A stretch of 64,000 nt of DNA. It comes from Vicinamibacteria bacterium. Lineage in GTDB: Bacteria > Acidobacteriota > Vicinamibacteria > Marinacidobacterales > Marinacidobacteraceae. The notes under the pieces were generated by a model. The model was not told where the DNA came from. It made no database searches and worked only from the letters and a program-made list of their open reading frames with translations. Each line of letters opens with the position of its first letter. The first letter of the stretch is position 1. The DNA is taken from contig OY821641.1 in the NCBI GenBank assembly GCA_963555995.3, positions 928,001 through 992,000 of the forward strand, read 5' to 3'. This document shows positions 28,435-37,776 of this stretch, piece by piece. The position numbers and the translations under genes were made by a program.

Positions 28435-29507
28435 TGTCCTCCCTGTTCATCGCCCTGAGCGTTTACGCAGCGGTCCTGGTGACCGCCTTCGGCGCCGGGC
28501 TCGTGATCGAGCGCGCGGCGCGCGCCTTCTTCCGCAGGAAGGCGGCGAAGACGCGCACCGATTGGGACGACTGGCTCGCTGCGGAGGGGTTCCACCTGGT
28601 GCCGTCCCTGCTGCTGGCGGTGTTCGCCACCCGGGTCCTGATGGTCGTGCGTCCCCCGGCGGACGCGGTGGAACCCATGGTGACCACCGGCCTGCAGGTC
28701 GTGCTGGTGTTCGCCGCGATGCGGGTGGCGGCGGACCTCGGGCTGGCCAGCCTCCGCATCCGCCAGCAGCGGCTCGGCGAACAGGGCGTCTCCATCCTCC
28801 GCAACACGCTGGTCGGGGTGGCCCTGACGGTCGGGGTCGTCATCGTCCTGGACCAGTTCGGGATCTCGGTGGCGCCGCTGCTCGCGACCCTCGGGGTCGG
28901 AGCGCTCGCCTTCGCGCTGGCGCTCCAGCCGACGCTCGGCAACATCTTCGCCGGAATCCAGTTGGTCGCCGCCGCGCAGTTCAAGGTGGGCGACTTCCTG
29001 CGGGTGAACGACGCGGGGGTCGAGGGGTACGTCACCGACATCGGCTGGCGCACCACCACCCTGCGGACCCTGCTCGACAACCACGTGATCATCCCGAACT
29101 CGCAGCTCGCGGACTCGGTGCTGACGAACCTCTACACCCCCGACCCGCGGGTGCGGCTGAGCATCGCGGTGGGCGTCCACTACGACACCGACCTGGAGGA
29201 GGCCGAGCGGATCGCGCGGGAGGTGATCCGCGAAGTCCAGGACGGGACCGAGGCGGGCGTCTCCGGTTTCGCGGGCGACATCCGCTGGACGGCGTTCGGG
29301 GACTCGGCGATCACCTACGACGCGATCCTGCAGGCGAAGAAGCCGCTCGACCGGTTCGATCTGGCGAGCGCCTTCATCAAGCGGCTCCACCGGCGGTACG
29401 ACGAGGCGGACATCGAGATCCCCTATCCCATCCGCAACCTCTACCTGCGCACCGGGCTGGAAGTGACGGAGTCGCGCCGGCAGGCGTCCGCTCCCTCCCG
29501 CGACTGA
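28434..29507 (+). CDS. Small-conductance mechanosensitive channel (MscS family)
   Basis: ALQ.TL.N.FAG, G.V..IGWR.T, IPNS, IEIPYP. Confidence 0.92.
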   Translation: MSSLFIALSVYAAVLVTAFGAGLVIERAARAFFRRKAAKTRTDWDDWLAAEGFHLVPSLLLAVFATRVLMVVRPPADAVEPMVTTGLQVVLVFAAMRVAADLGLASLRIRQQRLGEQGVSILRNTLVGVALTVGVVIVLDQFGISVAPLLATLGVGALAFALALQPTLGNIFAGIQLVAAAQFKVGDFLRVNDAGVEGYVTDIGWRTTTLRTLLDNHVIIPNSQLADSVLTNLYTPDPRVRLSIAVGVHYDTDLEEAERIAREVIREVQDGTEAGVSGFAGDIRWTAFGDSAITYDAILQAKKPLDRFDLASAFIKRLHRRYDEADIEIPYPIRNLYLRTGLEVTESRRQASAPSRD

Positions 29508-29559
29508 GCCGAAACGGACATACTCCGTCCGGCGGCCCCGCCGCGAAGGAGGTTCCCAG

Positions 29560-31311
29560 GTGACATCAGAAAGCCCCACCGGCTCCGGCTCGGGCGCCGA
29601 GAGTTCCGTCCGCTACCAGCCGAACGAGAGGCCCCCCGAGGCGCTCGCCTTCGGGATGGGCCTCCAGATGGCGATCCTCCAGATCACCGGCGTCGTCCTC
29701 ACCCCGGCCCTCGTGATCCGTTCCGCCGGACTCGGCGAGCCGTACCTCTCCTGGGCGATCTTCGCGGCACTCGCGGTGAGCGGGGCCTCCACCATGCTCC
29801 AGTCGCAGCGGATCGGCCGCTTCGGCGCGGGCCACGTGCTGCTGATGGGGACCTCCGGCGCGTTCATCGCGATCTCGGTGGCGGCGCTCGCGCAGGGCGG
29901 GCCGGCGCTCCTCGCCGTGCTGGTGCTCGCGTCGAGCCTCTTCCAGTTCGGGCTCGCCTACCGGCTCGCCTGGCTCCGCCGCGTCGTCACCCCGACGGTG
30001 GCGGGGATCGTGATCATGCTCATCGCGGCGACCATCATGCCGATCGCCTTCCCGCTGCTCGGCGAGGTCCCCGCAGGCGCTTCGCCGCTCTCGGGCCCGC
30101 TGTGTGCGGGAGTGGCGCTCGGGGTGTTCGCGGTCCTCGCGCTCCGCGGCCAGGGGATGTTCCGGCTATGGGCGCCGCTGATCGGCGTGGTCAGCGGTTC
30201 GGTCGTCGGCGTTCTCTTCGGCATCTTCGACTTCGCGACCGTCGGCGCCGCCGGCTGGTTCGGGATTCCGTCCGGCTGGCCGGGGTTCGATCTGAGCTTC
30301 GGCGCCTCCTTCTGGGCGCTGCTGCCGGCCTTCATCTTCGTGACCCTGATCGGCGCGATCGAGACCATCGGCGATTCCATCGCCATCCAGCGGGCCTCGT
30401 GGCGGAAGCCGCGGGCCCCGGACTACCGGGTGGTGGCGGGGGCGGTCTATGCCGACGGGGTCGGCAACCTGCTCTCCGGAATCGCCGGGACGGTGCCGAA
30501 CACCACCTACTCCAACAGCGTCTCGATCACCGAGCTCACCGGCGTGGCCTCGCGCCGGGTCGGGGTCTGGATCGGGGTCTGTTTCGTCGGGCTGGCGCTC
30601 TCGCCGAAGGTGGCGGCGCTCTTCCTGGCGGTTCCCGCCCCGGTGGTGGGCGCCTTCATCATCGGCCTGATCGGGATCCTGTTCAGTCTCGGCCTGCACA
30701 TGGTGGCCAAGGACGGCATGGACATCCAGAAGGCGGTCGTCGTAGGGCTCTCCTTCTGGATCGGGAGCGGCTTCCAGCACGGCGCGATCTTCCCGGACTT
30801 CCAGGGAGGCTTCGCCGGCGCGCTGCTGGACAACGGCATGACCGCCGGTGGCCTGGTGGCGATCCTGCTGATGGTCTTCCTCAACCTGACCGGCGCGCGG
30901 CCGCGGCGGCTCGCCACCAGCCTCGACCTCGCCGCGGGAGCGAAGATTGAGGAGTTCCTGACCGGTCAGGCCGAACGGCGCGGCTGGGACCGGGGCGCCA
31001 TCATGCGGCTGGCTTCCGCTGCCGAAGAGGCCCTGCTCACCCTGCTCGAGACCGGGGATCCGACCGCCGCGGACGCCCGCCAGCTCCGGTTGACCGCCCG
31101 TACCGGCCGGCACTCGGCCGAACTGGAGTTCGTGGCCGCCGCCGGCGACGTCAACATCGAGGACCGCCTGGCGATGATGCGCGACCGGCGCGAGCTCGAC
31201 GACGAGCGGGAGATCTCGCTGCGCCTGCTGCGGCACTACGCGAGTTCGGTGCGCCACCAGAAGTACTACGACGTGGACATCGTGACGGTGGAGGTCGCCG
31301 GGCACTCCTGA
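29560..31311 (+). CDS. NCS2 xanthine/uracil permease with C-terminal HATPase-like extension
   Basis: Multi-TM core with ETIGD and PNTTYSNSV..TGVASR NCS2 signature; about 140-aa soluble tail. Confidence 0.85.
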   Translation: MTSESPTGSGSGAESSVRYQPNERPPEALAFGMGLQMAILQITGVVLTPALVIRSAGLGEPYLSWAIFAALAVSGASTMLQSQRIGRFGAGHVLLMGTSGAFIAISVAALAQGGPALLAVLVLASSLFQFGLAYRLAWLRRVVTPTVAGIVIMLIAATIMPIAFPLLGEVPAGASPLSGPLCAGVALGVFAVLALRGQGMFRLWAPLIGVVSGSVVGVLFGIFDFATVGAAGWFGIPSGWPGFDLSFGASFWALLPAFIFVTLIGAIETIGDSIAIQRASWRKPRAPDYRVVAGAVYADGVGNLLSGIAGTVPNTTYSNSVSITELTGVASRRVGVWIGVCFVGLALSPKVAALFLAVPAPVVGAFIIGLIGILFSLGLHMVAKDGMDIQKAVVVGLSFWIGSGFQHGAIFPDFQGGFAGALLDNGMTAGGLVAILLMVFLNLTGARPRRLATSLDLAAGAKIEEFLTGQAERRGWDRGAIMRLASAAEEALLTLLETGDPTAADARQLRLTARTGRHSAELEFVAAAGDVNIEDRLAMMRDRRELDDEREISLRLLRHYASSVRHQKYYDVDIVTVEVAGHS

Positions 31312-31324
31312 GCCGACCCGGCAA

Positions 31325-31511
31325 TTAACAGCCTGTGGCAAAACCCACGCGGCGTTCGAGCGGCGATGCATCCCGCCTGAACCGCGCCTCTACGAGGCGC
31401 TCTGCGTTGCGTTTCGGTCGGAATACACCCGGTATTCCTCCCTCACGCGCCTTGTCAGCCGGGCGCCTCGCCGCTCTCGGCGCTCACGTGGGTTTCACCA
31501 CAGGCTGTTAA
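31325..31511. mobile_element. MITE-like element with 25-bp terminal inverted repeats
   Basis: TTAACAGCCTGTGGCAAAACCCACG ... CGTGGGTTTCACCACAGGCTGTTAA (23/25 match); no transposase. Confidence 0.7.
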
Positions 31512-31518
31512 CACCGGC

Positions 31519-32130
31519 ATGATCGCCCTCCGTCGTCGCGCCGTCACGGCGGCGGTCGCGTTCGGGGCGCTCGCCCTGGCGGCGGCGGCGGGGGCGGAGT
31601 CGTGGACGCTGACGGCCGGCGAGGTGCGGGTCCGGTGCCGGCTCACCGTGGGGGGAAGCTTCGACGCGGTCACCTCCGCCATCTCCGGCGTCCTCCGGCT
31701 GGAGAACGCCGGAGCCCCCGAGGAGGCGGGCCGGGTCCGGGTGGGACTGGACTCCCTGGACACCGGCATCGGACTCCGGAACACCCACCTTCGCGAGACC
31801 TACCTGGAAGTGGACCGCGGCGAGGCGTTCCGCGAGGCGGTGCTGACCGGGGTGGAGCTGGCCGAACCGATGCCTTCCGGAGGTCGGGACCACGAGACGA
31901 CGTTTGCGGGACTGCTGTCGCTCCACGGGACGGAGCGGCGGGTTGCGGGAGAGGCGCGGCTGGTGCGGCGGGCGGGAGGTGTCCGGGTCGAGGCCGAGTT
32001 CCCGCTGAGCCTCGCGGAATTCGGCATCCCGCCGCCCCGCTACCTCGGGGTGGGGGTGCGTGACGAAGTCCGGATCGCGGTCACCTTCGACGCCGAGATC
32101 GCCGCCTCTCCTCCGGGAGCGTCGCCGTGA
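31519..32130 (+). CDS. YceI-family periplasmic lipid/polyisoprenoid-binding protein
   Basis: Signal peptide; LDTG..LRN.HL...YL, LSLHG, EFGIPPP motifs. Confidence 0.85.
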   Translation: MIALRRRAVTAAVAFGALALAAAAGAESWTLTAGEVRVRCRLTVGGSFDAVTSAISGVLRLENAGAPEEAGRVRVGLDSLDTGIGLRNTHLRETYLEVDRGEAFREAVLTGVELAEPMPSGGRDHETTFAGLLSLHGTERRVAGEARLVRRAGGVRVEAEFPLSLAEFGIPPPRYLGVGVRDEVRIAVTFDAEIAASPPGASP

Positions 32131-33275
32131 CCGCGCCGGGAGGGGGTCGCGGGCGCTGCCCCGGCGTCCTCCTGGGCGCGCTGCTGTCGGTGAGCGGGTG
32201 GAGCGCCGCGCCGGCCGCCGCCGAGCCCATGTTCCTCTCGAAGCAGTACCCGCGGTGCACCGCCTGCCACTTCTCCCCCTCGGGCGGAGGACTCCTGACG
32301 CCCTACGGCCGTTCGCTCTCGCGGGAGGAGATCTCGACGTTCGGCCGCCGGGACCCGGGGGCGGAGGCGGGCGCGCGGGCCGAGGAGGAGTTCCTCTTCG
32401 GCGCCGTGGGCAGCGACAGCCCGCTCCAGCTCGGACTGGACTCCCGGCCCTCGCAGTTGCGGATCGAGGTCGCCGGCCGCGACCTCCCCCACCGGAATCT
32501 CCTCATGAACCTGGATCTGCAGGCGGCCTGGCGGCTCGGCGACTGGACCGCCTACGGGACCGTGGGGCGGCGGCCCGGCGGCGGCGTGGTGTCGTACGAG
32601 CACTGGGTCGCTGGGCGGATCTCGGACCGGGTGAGCCTGCGCGGCGGACGGTTCCTGCCGGCCTACGGAGTGCGCTTCGCGGACCACACCGCACTCTCCC
32701 GCGAGCGTCTCGGGCTCGCCGAGGACGACCAGATCTACGGGGTGGAACTGGACCTGTCCTCGGATCGCTGGCTGCTCCAGGCGGCGGCCGGGCCGGGCCG
32801 GGCCGAGTCGTTCGCGAACGACGACGGGAGGGCTGCCCTCACCGTGAGTGGGCGGCTGCAACGCGACCTGGGCTCCCGTACGGTGCTGGTGGGATCGGTG
32901 CTCCATCGCGGCGCCTCGGAGCGGGAGGGGCGCAGCACCGCGGCGGGCGTCTCGTTCGGGCACGCCCCGGTTGCCTGGCTGGTGACCTGGGTCCAGGCGG
33001 ATGTCCGCCGCCAGGAACAGTCGCGAGGCGATCACGCCGTGATCCTCACCAACCAGACGTCGGTGGAGGCGTGGCGCGGCATCTGGCTCCGCGTCTCGCC
33101 GCAGTGGTACCGGGTCTCCGGGGAGCCGCGGGCCGAGGTCCGCAGGATGGTGTACGGGCTCGATTTCTACCCCCGCACCCATTGGCACGTGAACCTGTCC
33201 TGGTACCGGGACCGGTTCGTGTTCTCCGACCGGCTCGACACGCGACTGCTGGCGCAGTTGCACCTCTACTTGTAG
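32127..33275 (+). CDS. Monoheme cytochrome c-porin fusion (Cyc2-like)
   Basis: Signal peptide, PMF-x7-CTACH...LTPYGR, then alternating beta-strands ending QLHLYL. Confidence 0.7.
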   Translation: MTAPGGGRGRCPGVLLGALLSVSGWSAAPAAAEPMFLSKQYPRCTACHFSPSGGGLLTPYGRSLSREEISTFGRRDPGAEAGARAEEEFLFGAVGSDSPLQLGLDSRPSQLRIEVAGRDLPHRNLLMNLDLQAAWRLGDWTAYGTVGRRPGGGVVSYEHWVAGRISDRVSLRGGRFLPAYGVRFADHTALSRERLGLAEDDQIYGVELDLSSDRWLLQAAAGPGRAESFANDDGRAALTVSGRLQRDLGSRTVLVGSVLHRGASEREGRSTAAGVSFGHAPVAWLVTWVQADVRRQEQSRGDHAVILTNQTSVEAWRGIWLRVSPQWYRVSGEPRAEVRRMVYGLDFYPRTHWHVNLSWYRDRFVFSDRLDTRLLAQLHLYL

Positions 33276-33299
33276 GGACGCTCTGCTAATTTCGCCGTC

Positions 33300-33782
33300 A
33301 TGGCTGGCAACCGAAGGCTCCGGGTTCTGCTCCCCCTGCTCGCCGGCGTCCTCGCCGGGTGCGGTTCGTCGGATTCTCCGGCGCCCGTAGCCCCGACCAC
33401 CCCGGCGCCCGCCCCGACGCCCCCGGCCCCCGCGCCGGCTCCTCCCGCCCCCGCGCCGGAGCCCCTGACGCCCACGCTGTCGAGCATCCAGGCGCTGGTA
33501 TTCGATCCCCGCTGCGTGGACCACCACGGCGGCCACGCCGTGCAGGCCGGGCTCGACCTCAGCGAGGGGAGCTCGCACGAGGCGCTGGTGAACGTGCCCA
33601 GCACCCAGACGGCGCTGGACCTGGTCGAGCCGGGAGACGCCGAGAACAGCTACCTGCTCCACAAGATCGAAGGCCGCCCCGGCATCGTCCGGGACCCGAT
33701 GCCCCCCGGCGGGGATCCGCTCACCGAGGAAGAGATCGCGGCGATCCGGGACTGGATCAACGCGGGCGCGCTGAACGAGTGA
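33300..33782 (+). CDS. Lipoprotein with Pro-Ala linker and cytochrome c-like domain (variant CVDHH motif)
   Basis: Lipobox LAGC; PG..E.SYL..KI, MPP....L...EI..I..WI..GA. Confidence 0.75.
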   Translation: MAGNRRLRVLLPLLAGVLAGCGSSDSPAPVAPTTPAPAPTPPAPAPAPPAPAPEPLTPTLSSIQALVFDPRCVDHHGGHAVQAGLDLSEGSSHEALVNVPSTQTALDLVEPGDAENSYLLHKIEGRPGIVRDPMPPGGDPLTEEEIAAIRDWINAGALNE

Positions 33783-33806
33783 ACTCGGGCGGCGCCTGGC
33801 CGCGCC

Positions 33807-34211
33807 TCAGTCGGCCGCGCGGCTTCCGAGTCGGCGGATCGGGCCCGGGTAACGCGCCACGGTGCGATCAGCGGTCAGCAGGGTGATCCCCTCGACCTGC
33901 GCCTGCGCGATCAGGAGGCGGTCGAAGGGGTCCCGGTGGATCGGCGGGAGGTGCGCGACGGCGGCAGCGTGGGCGCTGGTCACGGGGAGTTCGGTGTAGT
34001 CGTGCGCCGCGAGTCCCTGGCGCAGCTCCCGGGGATCCGGAACCGGGTCGCCGCGGCCCAGCGGAAACTTGATGGCGATCTCCCAGATGGACGCTGCGCT
34101 GAAGAACGGCTGGTTCGCCGGGTCGTCAATCAGGGCCCTGACCTGCACGGACCGCCGATCGGGCACCCCGGCGGCCCAGAGCAGGATGTGGGTATCGAGG
34201 AGGAGTCTCAC
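33807..34211 (-). CDS. vapC: VapC/PIN-domain toxin
   Basis: LLLDTH.LLW, S.ASIWEI.IK, H.DPFDR.L.AQA..E. Confidence 0.92.
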   Translation of the reverse strand: MRLLLDTHILLWAAGVPDRRSVQVRALIDDPANQPFFSAASIWEIAIKFPLGRGDPVPDPRELRQGLAAHDYTELPVTSAHAAAVAHLPPIHRDPFDRLLIAQAQVEGITLLTADRTVARYPGPIRRLGSRAAD

Positions 34212-34489
34212 TCCTCCTTTCCCTCCTCGTACTCCTCGTCGAGGACGCCCTTGTACTTGCCCTCGAACATCGCCTGGATCTCGTCGGCCATCATCGTGTC
34301 GAAATCGTCGGGAACCTCGAACCGGCCGTCCAGGAACCCGAGTCGACTCTTCCTTGGTGTGGGCTCCAGCGCCGTCACCCGCACCAGCGGCTTTCCGGCG
34401 CGGGCGATGACGAAGGGTTCCCCGTTCGCGGCGTCTCGCACGAGGCGGGAGAGGTGGGTCTTGGCTTCGTGCATGTTCACGGTGCGCAT
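34208..34489 (-). CDS. Phd/YefM-family antitoxin
   Basis: VN.HEAKTHLSRL..GE...IA..GKP; 4-nt overlap with toxin. Confidence 0.92.
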   Translation of the reverse strand: MRTVNMHEAKTHLSRLVRDAANGEPFVIARAGKPLVRVTALEPTPRKSRLGFLDGRFEVPDDFDTMMADEIQAMFEGKYKGVLDEEYEEGKEE

Positions 34490-34631
34490 CGGCGGGCCTC
34501 CTCGGTTAGTCCACTCCACTTAGTCTAGCAGTCGAAACCCGGACGGATCTCCCCCGGAAGTCGTGGTGTACTCTCGCTCGTTCGCCGGTCGGCGGCCGCC
34601 TGCGGGCCGCGCGGCGAGGGAGGCGAGACCC

Positions 34632-37600
34632 ATGTTTCATCCACGCTCATCGTTCCGGGCCGGCTGCCTGCGGCTCCTGATCGCCTGCTTGGCGGCGCCG
34701 CTGTTCGCCGCCGCGCCGGCCGCTTCCCAGACCGCCGAACAGGTCGAGTCCATCCTGAACCGGATCGAGTGGCGGAACATCGGCCCGGCCATCATGGGGG
34801 GGCGCATTGACGACATCGCGGTCGTCGAGTCCGACCCCAAGGTGTTCTGGGTGGGCACCGCCTCGGCGGGGGTCTGGAAGACCGAGAACCACGGGGTCAC
34901 CTGGATTCCGCAGTTCCAGGACGAGGAGGTGTCCTCGATCGGCTCCATCGCGGTGGCGGCGTCCGACCCGTCCGTGGTCTGGGTGGGCACCGGGGAACCC
35001 GCGAACCGGCAGAGCAGTTCGTGGGGGAACGGGGTGTACGTATCCACCGACGGCGGGACCACCTGGACCCACAAGGGGCTCGAGGACACGCACCACATCG
35101 GCCGCGTCCTCGTGCATCCGACCGATCCCGGCACGGTGTACGTCGCGGCGCTCGGCCATCTGTGGGGTCCGAACGAGGAGCGCGGCGTCTTCCGCACCCG
35201 CGACGGCGGGGAGACCTGGGAGCGGGTGCTCTACGGCGACGAGAACACCGGCGCGGTGGAACTCGCCATGGACCCGGAGAGTCCGGACACCCTCTACGCC
35301 GCGCTCTACCAGCGCCGGCGGCGGGCCTACGGGTTCGCGGGCGGTGGTCCGGGCAGCGGCATCCACCGCACCACCGACGGCGGGGACACCTGGACGAAGC
35401 TCGGCGGCGGCCTGCCCGAGGGGGACACCGGACGGATCGGCCTGAACGTCTATCGCCGGGATCCGCGGGTGGTCTATGCCATCGTCGAGAACGCCGAAGG
35501 CGGGGTGTTCCGGTCCGAGGACAAGGGACTCACCTGGGAGCGGATGAGCGACACGAACCCGCGCCCCATGTACTACAGCCAGATCCGCATTGACCCCAAC
35601 AACGACCAGCGCATCTGGGTGCTGGGGACCCAGATGTACTACTCCCAGGACGGCGGGCGGACGTTCGCCACCGACTGGGTGCAGCGCATCCACGTGGACC
35701 ACCACGCACTGTGGATTGATCCCGCCGACTCGAACCACATGGTGCTCGGGAACGACGGCGGCATCCACATCTCGTGGGACCGGGGCCGGAGCTGGGACTT
35801 CGTGAACACCATCGCGCTGGGCCAGTTCTACGAGATCGGCCACGACATGGGCACGCCCTACATGGTCTATGGCGGCCTCCAGGACAACGGGAGCTGGGGC
35901 GCGCCGTCGCGCACCTTCTTCCGGCAGGGGATCAGCAACGAGGACTGGTTCCGGATCGGGGGCGGGGACGGCTTCTACACCGAGGCGATCCCCGGCGACC
36001 CGGACACCGTGTACGTGGAGTCCCAGAACGGCAACCTGCGGCGGCTGAACCGCCGGACGTCCGAGACCAAGCTGATCCGCCCGCAGCCCGAGAACGGGAG
36101 CGAGCGCTACCGCTTCGACTGGAACAGCCCCATCGTGATCTCGCCGCACGACCCGGACACCGTCTATTACGGCGGGAACCGGCTCTTCATCTCGGAGAAC
36201 CGGGGCGACGCCTGGACCCGCACCGACGACCTGACGAAGCGCCTCGACCGCGACGAGCTGCCCATCATGGACGTCCCGGTGACCGAGGACACGCTCTCGC
36301 GCCACGACGGGATCTCGAGTTTCGGCCAGATCGTGACCATCGCCGTCTCCTCGCTGGAGGAGGGCGTCCTCTACGTCGGGGCCGACGACGGCAACCTGCA
36401 GCGGAGCCGGGACGGCGGCGCAACCTGGGACGACCTGACCGGGAACCTGCCGGGGGTGCCGGACCAGACCTACGTGACCCGGCTGATCGCCTCGGCGCAT
36501 TCGGCGTCGCGGGTGTACGTCACGCTGGACGGCCACCGGAACGACGACTACGCCACCTACGTCTTCCGGAGCGACGACTACGGAGACAGCTTCGACTCCC
36601 TGGCGGCGACGCTCCCGCCGGAGGCCGCGCTGAACGTGATCCGGGAGCACCACGCGAACGAGGACTTCCTGGTGGCCGGCGGCGAGTTCGGGGTGTACGT
36701 GACCCTCGACCGGGGGGAGAACTGGTACCGGATCGGGGGCCAGATCCCGACGGTGCCGGTGGACGACCTCGCGATCCATCCGCGCGAGAACGACCTGATC
36801 CTCGGCACCCACGGCCGGAGCATCTGGATCGCCGACGACATCGCGCCGCTGACTACCCTCGACGCGTCCGTCTTCGAGAAGGACCTCCACCTCTTCCCGG
36901 TGCGGGACGCTGTCGCCTGGCGCATCTATACCCACAAGGGGAACACCGGCCACAAGTTCTTCATCGCCGAGAACCCGCCCGAGGGCGCGCTGCTCCACAT
37001 CTACGCGAAGGCGGCGGGGGAGGCCGAGATCACGGTCGGCGCGGCGGGCGGCGACGCGGTCCGCACCCTGAAGGCGGAGCTTGAACCGGGGCTCAACCGG
37101 GTGAACTGGGACCTCCGCCACGACTCCCCGGTTCCCGACGGCGGCCAGGGCTTCGGCGGGCCGCCGCGCGGTCCGCGCGTGCTTCCCGGGGCGTACACGG
37201 TGCGGGTCGCCAGCGGGGAGGCCTCGGCGGAGGGATCGGTGCAGGTGTCGGAGGACCCCCGCATCCGGATTCCGGAGGCCGAGCGCCGCGCCAACCACGA
37301 CGCGCTGGTGCGCCTGACCGGGATGATCGCCGGGATGACGAAGGCCCACGCGGCGGCGGAGGCCACCGCCGAGGAGGCGGGGGAACTGGTCGAGGCGTTC
37401 GCGTCCGAACCGGACAGCGACCTGAAGACCCGGGTCGGGGAGTTCCACGAGGCCGCCGCCGAGGCGGCGAAGAACCTCTCGCGGAACGAGGGGCGCCGGG
37501 GATTCCGCGCCTGGCCGAGGCCGCTCTTCGCCCGCATCGGGGCCGAGGCCCGGAACCTCGACGCCTACACCGAGGCCCCGAACGCCGAGGTCGTCGCCCG

Positions 37601-37733
37601 GATTGATTCGTTCGCCGCCGAGTACGACGAGCGGATCGCCGCCTGGGAGGCGGTCCGGGGCCGGATCGCCGCCCTGAACGAGGCGCTCCGCGGCCAGGGT
37701 CCGCCGCGCCTGACGCCGCGTCCGGGCATGTGA
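34632..37733 (+). CDS. Secreted VPS10/BNR (Asp-box) beta-propeller protein, glycosyl hydrolase-like
   Basis: WR.IGP..MGGRI, many S.DGG.TW Asp boxes, GGLQDNG, GTHGRS. Confidence 0.85.
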   Translation: MFHPRSSFRAGCLRLLIACLAAPLFAAAPAASQTAEQVESILNRIEWRNIGPAIMGGRIDDIAVVESDPKVFWVGTASAGVWKTENHGVTWIPQFQDEEVSSIGSIAVAASDPSVVWVGTGEPANRQSSSWGNGVYVSTDGGTTWTHKGLEDTHHIGRVLVHPTDPGTVYVAALGHLWGPNEERGVFRTRDGGETWERVLYGDENTGAVELAMDPESPDTLYAALYQRRRRAYGFAGGGPGSGIHRTTDGGDTWTKLGGGLPEGDTGRIGLNVYRRDPRVVYAIVENAEGGVFRSEDKGLTWERMSDTNPRPMYYSQIRIDPNNDQRIWVLGTQMYYSQDGGRTFATDWVQRIHVDHHALWIDPADSNHMVLGNDGGIHISWDRGRSWDFVNTIALGQFYEIGHDMGTPYMVYGGLQDNGSWGAPSRTFFRQGISNEDWFRIGGGDGFYTEAIPGDPDTVYVESQNGNLRRLNRRTSETKLIRPQPENGSERYRFDWNSPIVISPHDPDTVYYGGNRLFISENRGDAWTRTDDLTKRLDRDELPIMDVPVTEDTLSRHDGISSFGQIVTIAVSSLEEGVLYVGADDGNLQRSRDGGATWDDLTGNLPGVPDQTYVTRLIASAHSASRVYVTLDGHRNDDYATYVFRSDDYGDSFDSLAATLPPEAALNVIREHHANEDFLVAGGEFGVYVTLDRGENWYRIGGQIPTVPVDDLAIHPRENDLILGTHGRSIWIADDIAPLTTLDASVFEKDLHLFPVRDAVAWRIYTHKGNTGHKFFIAENPPEGALLHIYAKAAGEAEITVGAAGGDAVRTLKAELEPGLNRVNWDLRHDSPVPDGGQGFGGPPRGPRVLPGAYTVRVASGEASAEGSVQVSEDPRIRIPEAERRANHDALVRLTGMIAGMTKAHAAAEATAEEAGELVEAFASEPDSDLKTRVGEFHEAAAEAAKNLSRNEGRRGFRAWPRPLFARIGAEARNLDAYTEAPNAEVVARIDSFAAEYDERIAAWEAVRGRIAALNEALRGQGPPRLTPRPGM

Positions 37734-37776
37734 GTTAATCGCCGGTCCGGACTTCCCTTCCAGGAGAACCCAGCCC

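Noticed and set aside
33379-33470. C-rich low-complexity repeat as a DNA element
   Set aside because: Fully explained as the Pro-Ala linker of the lipoprotein
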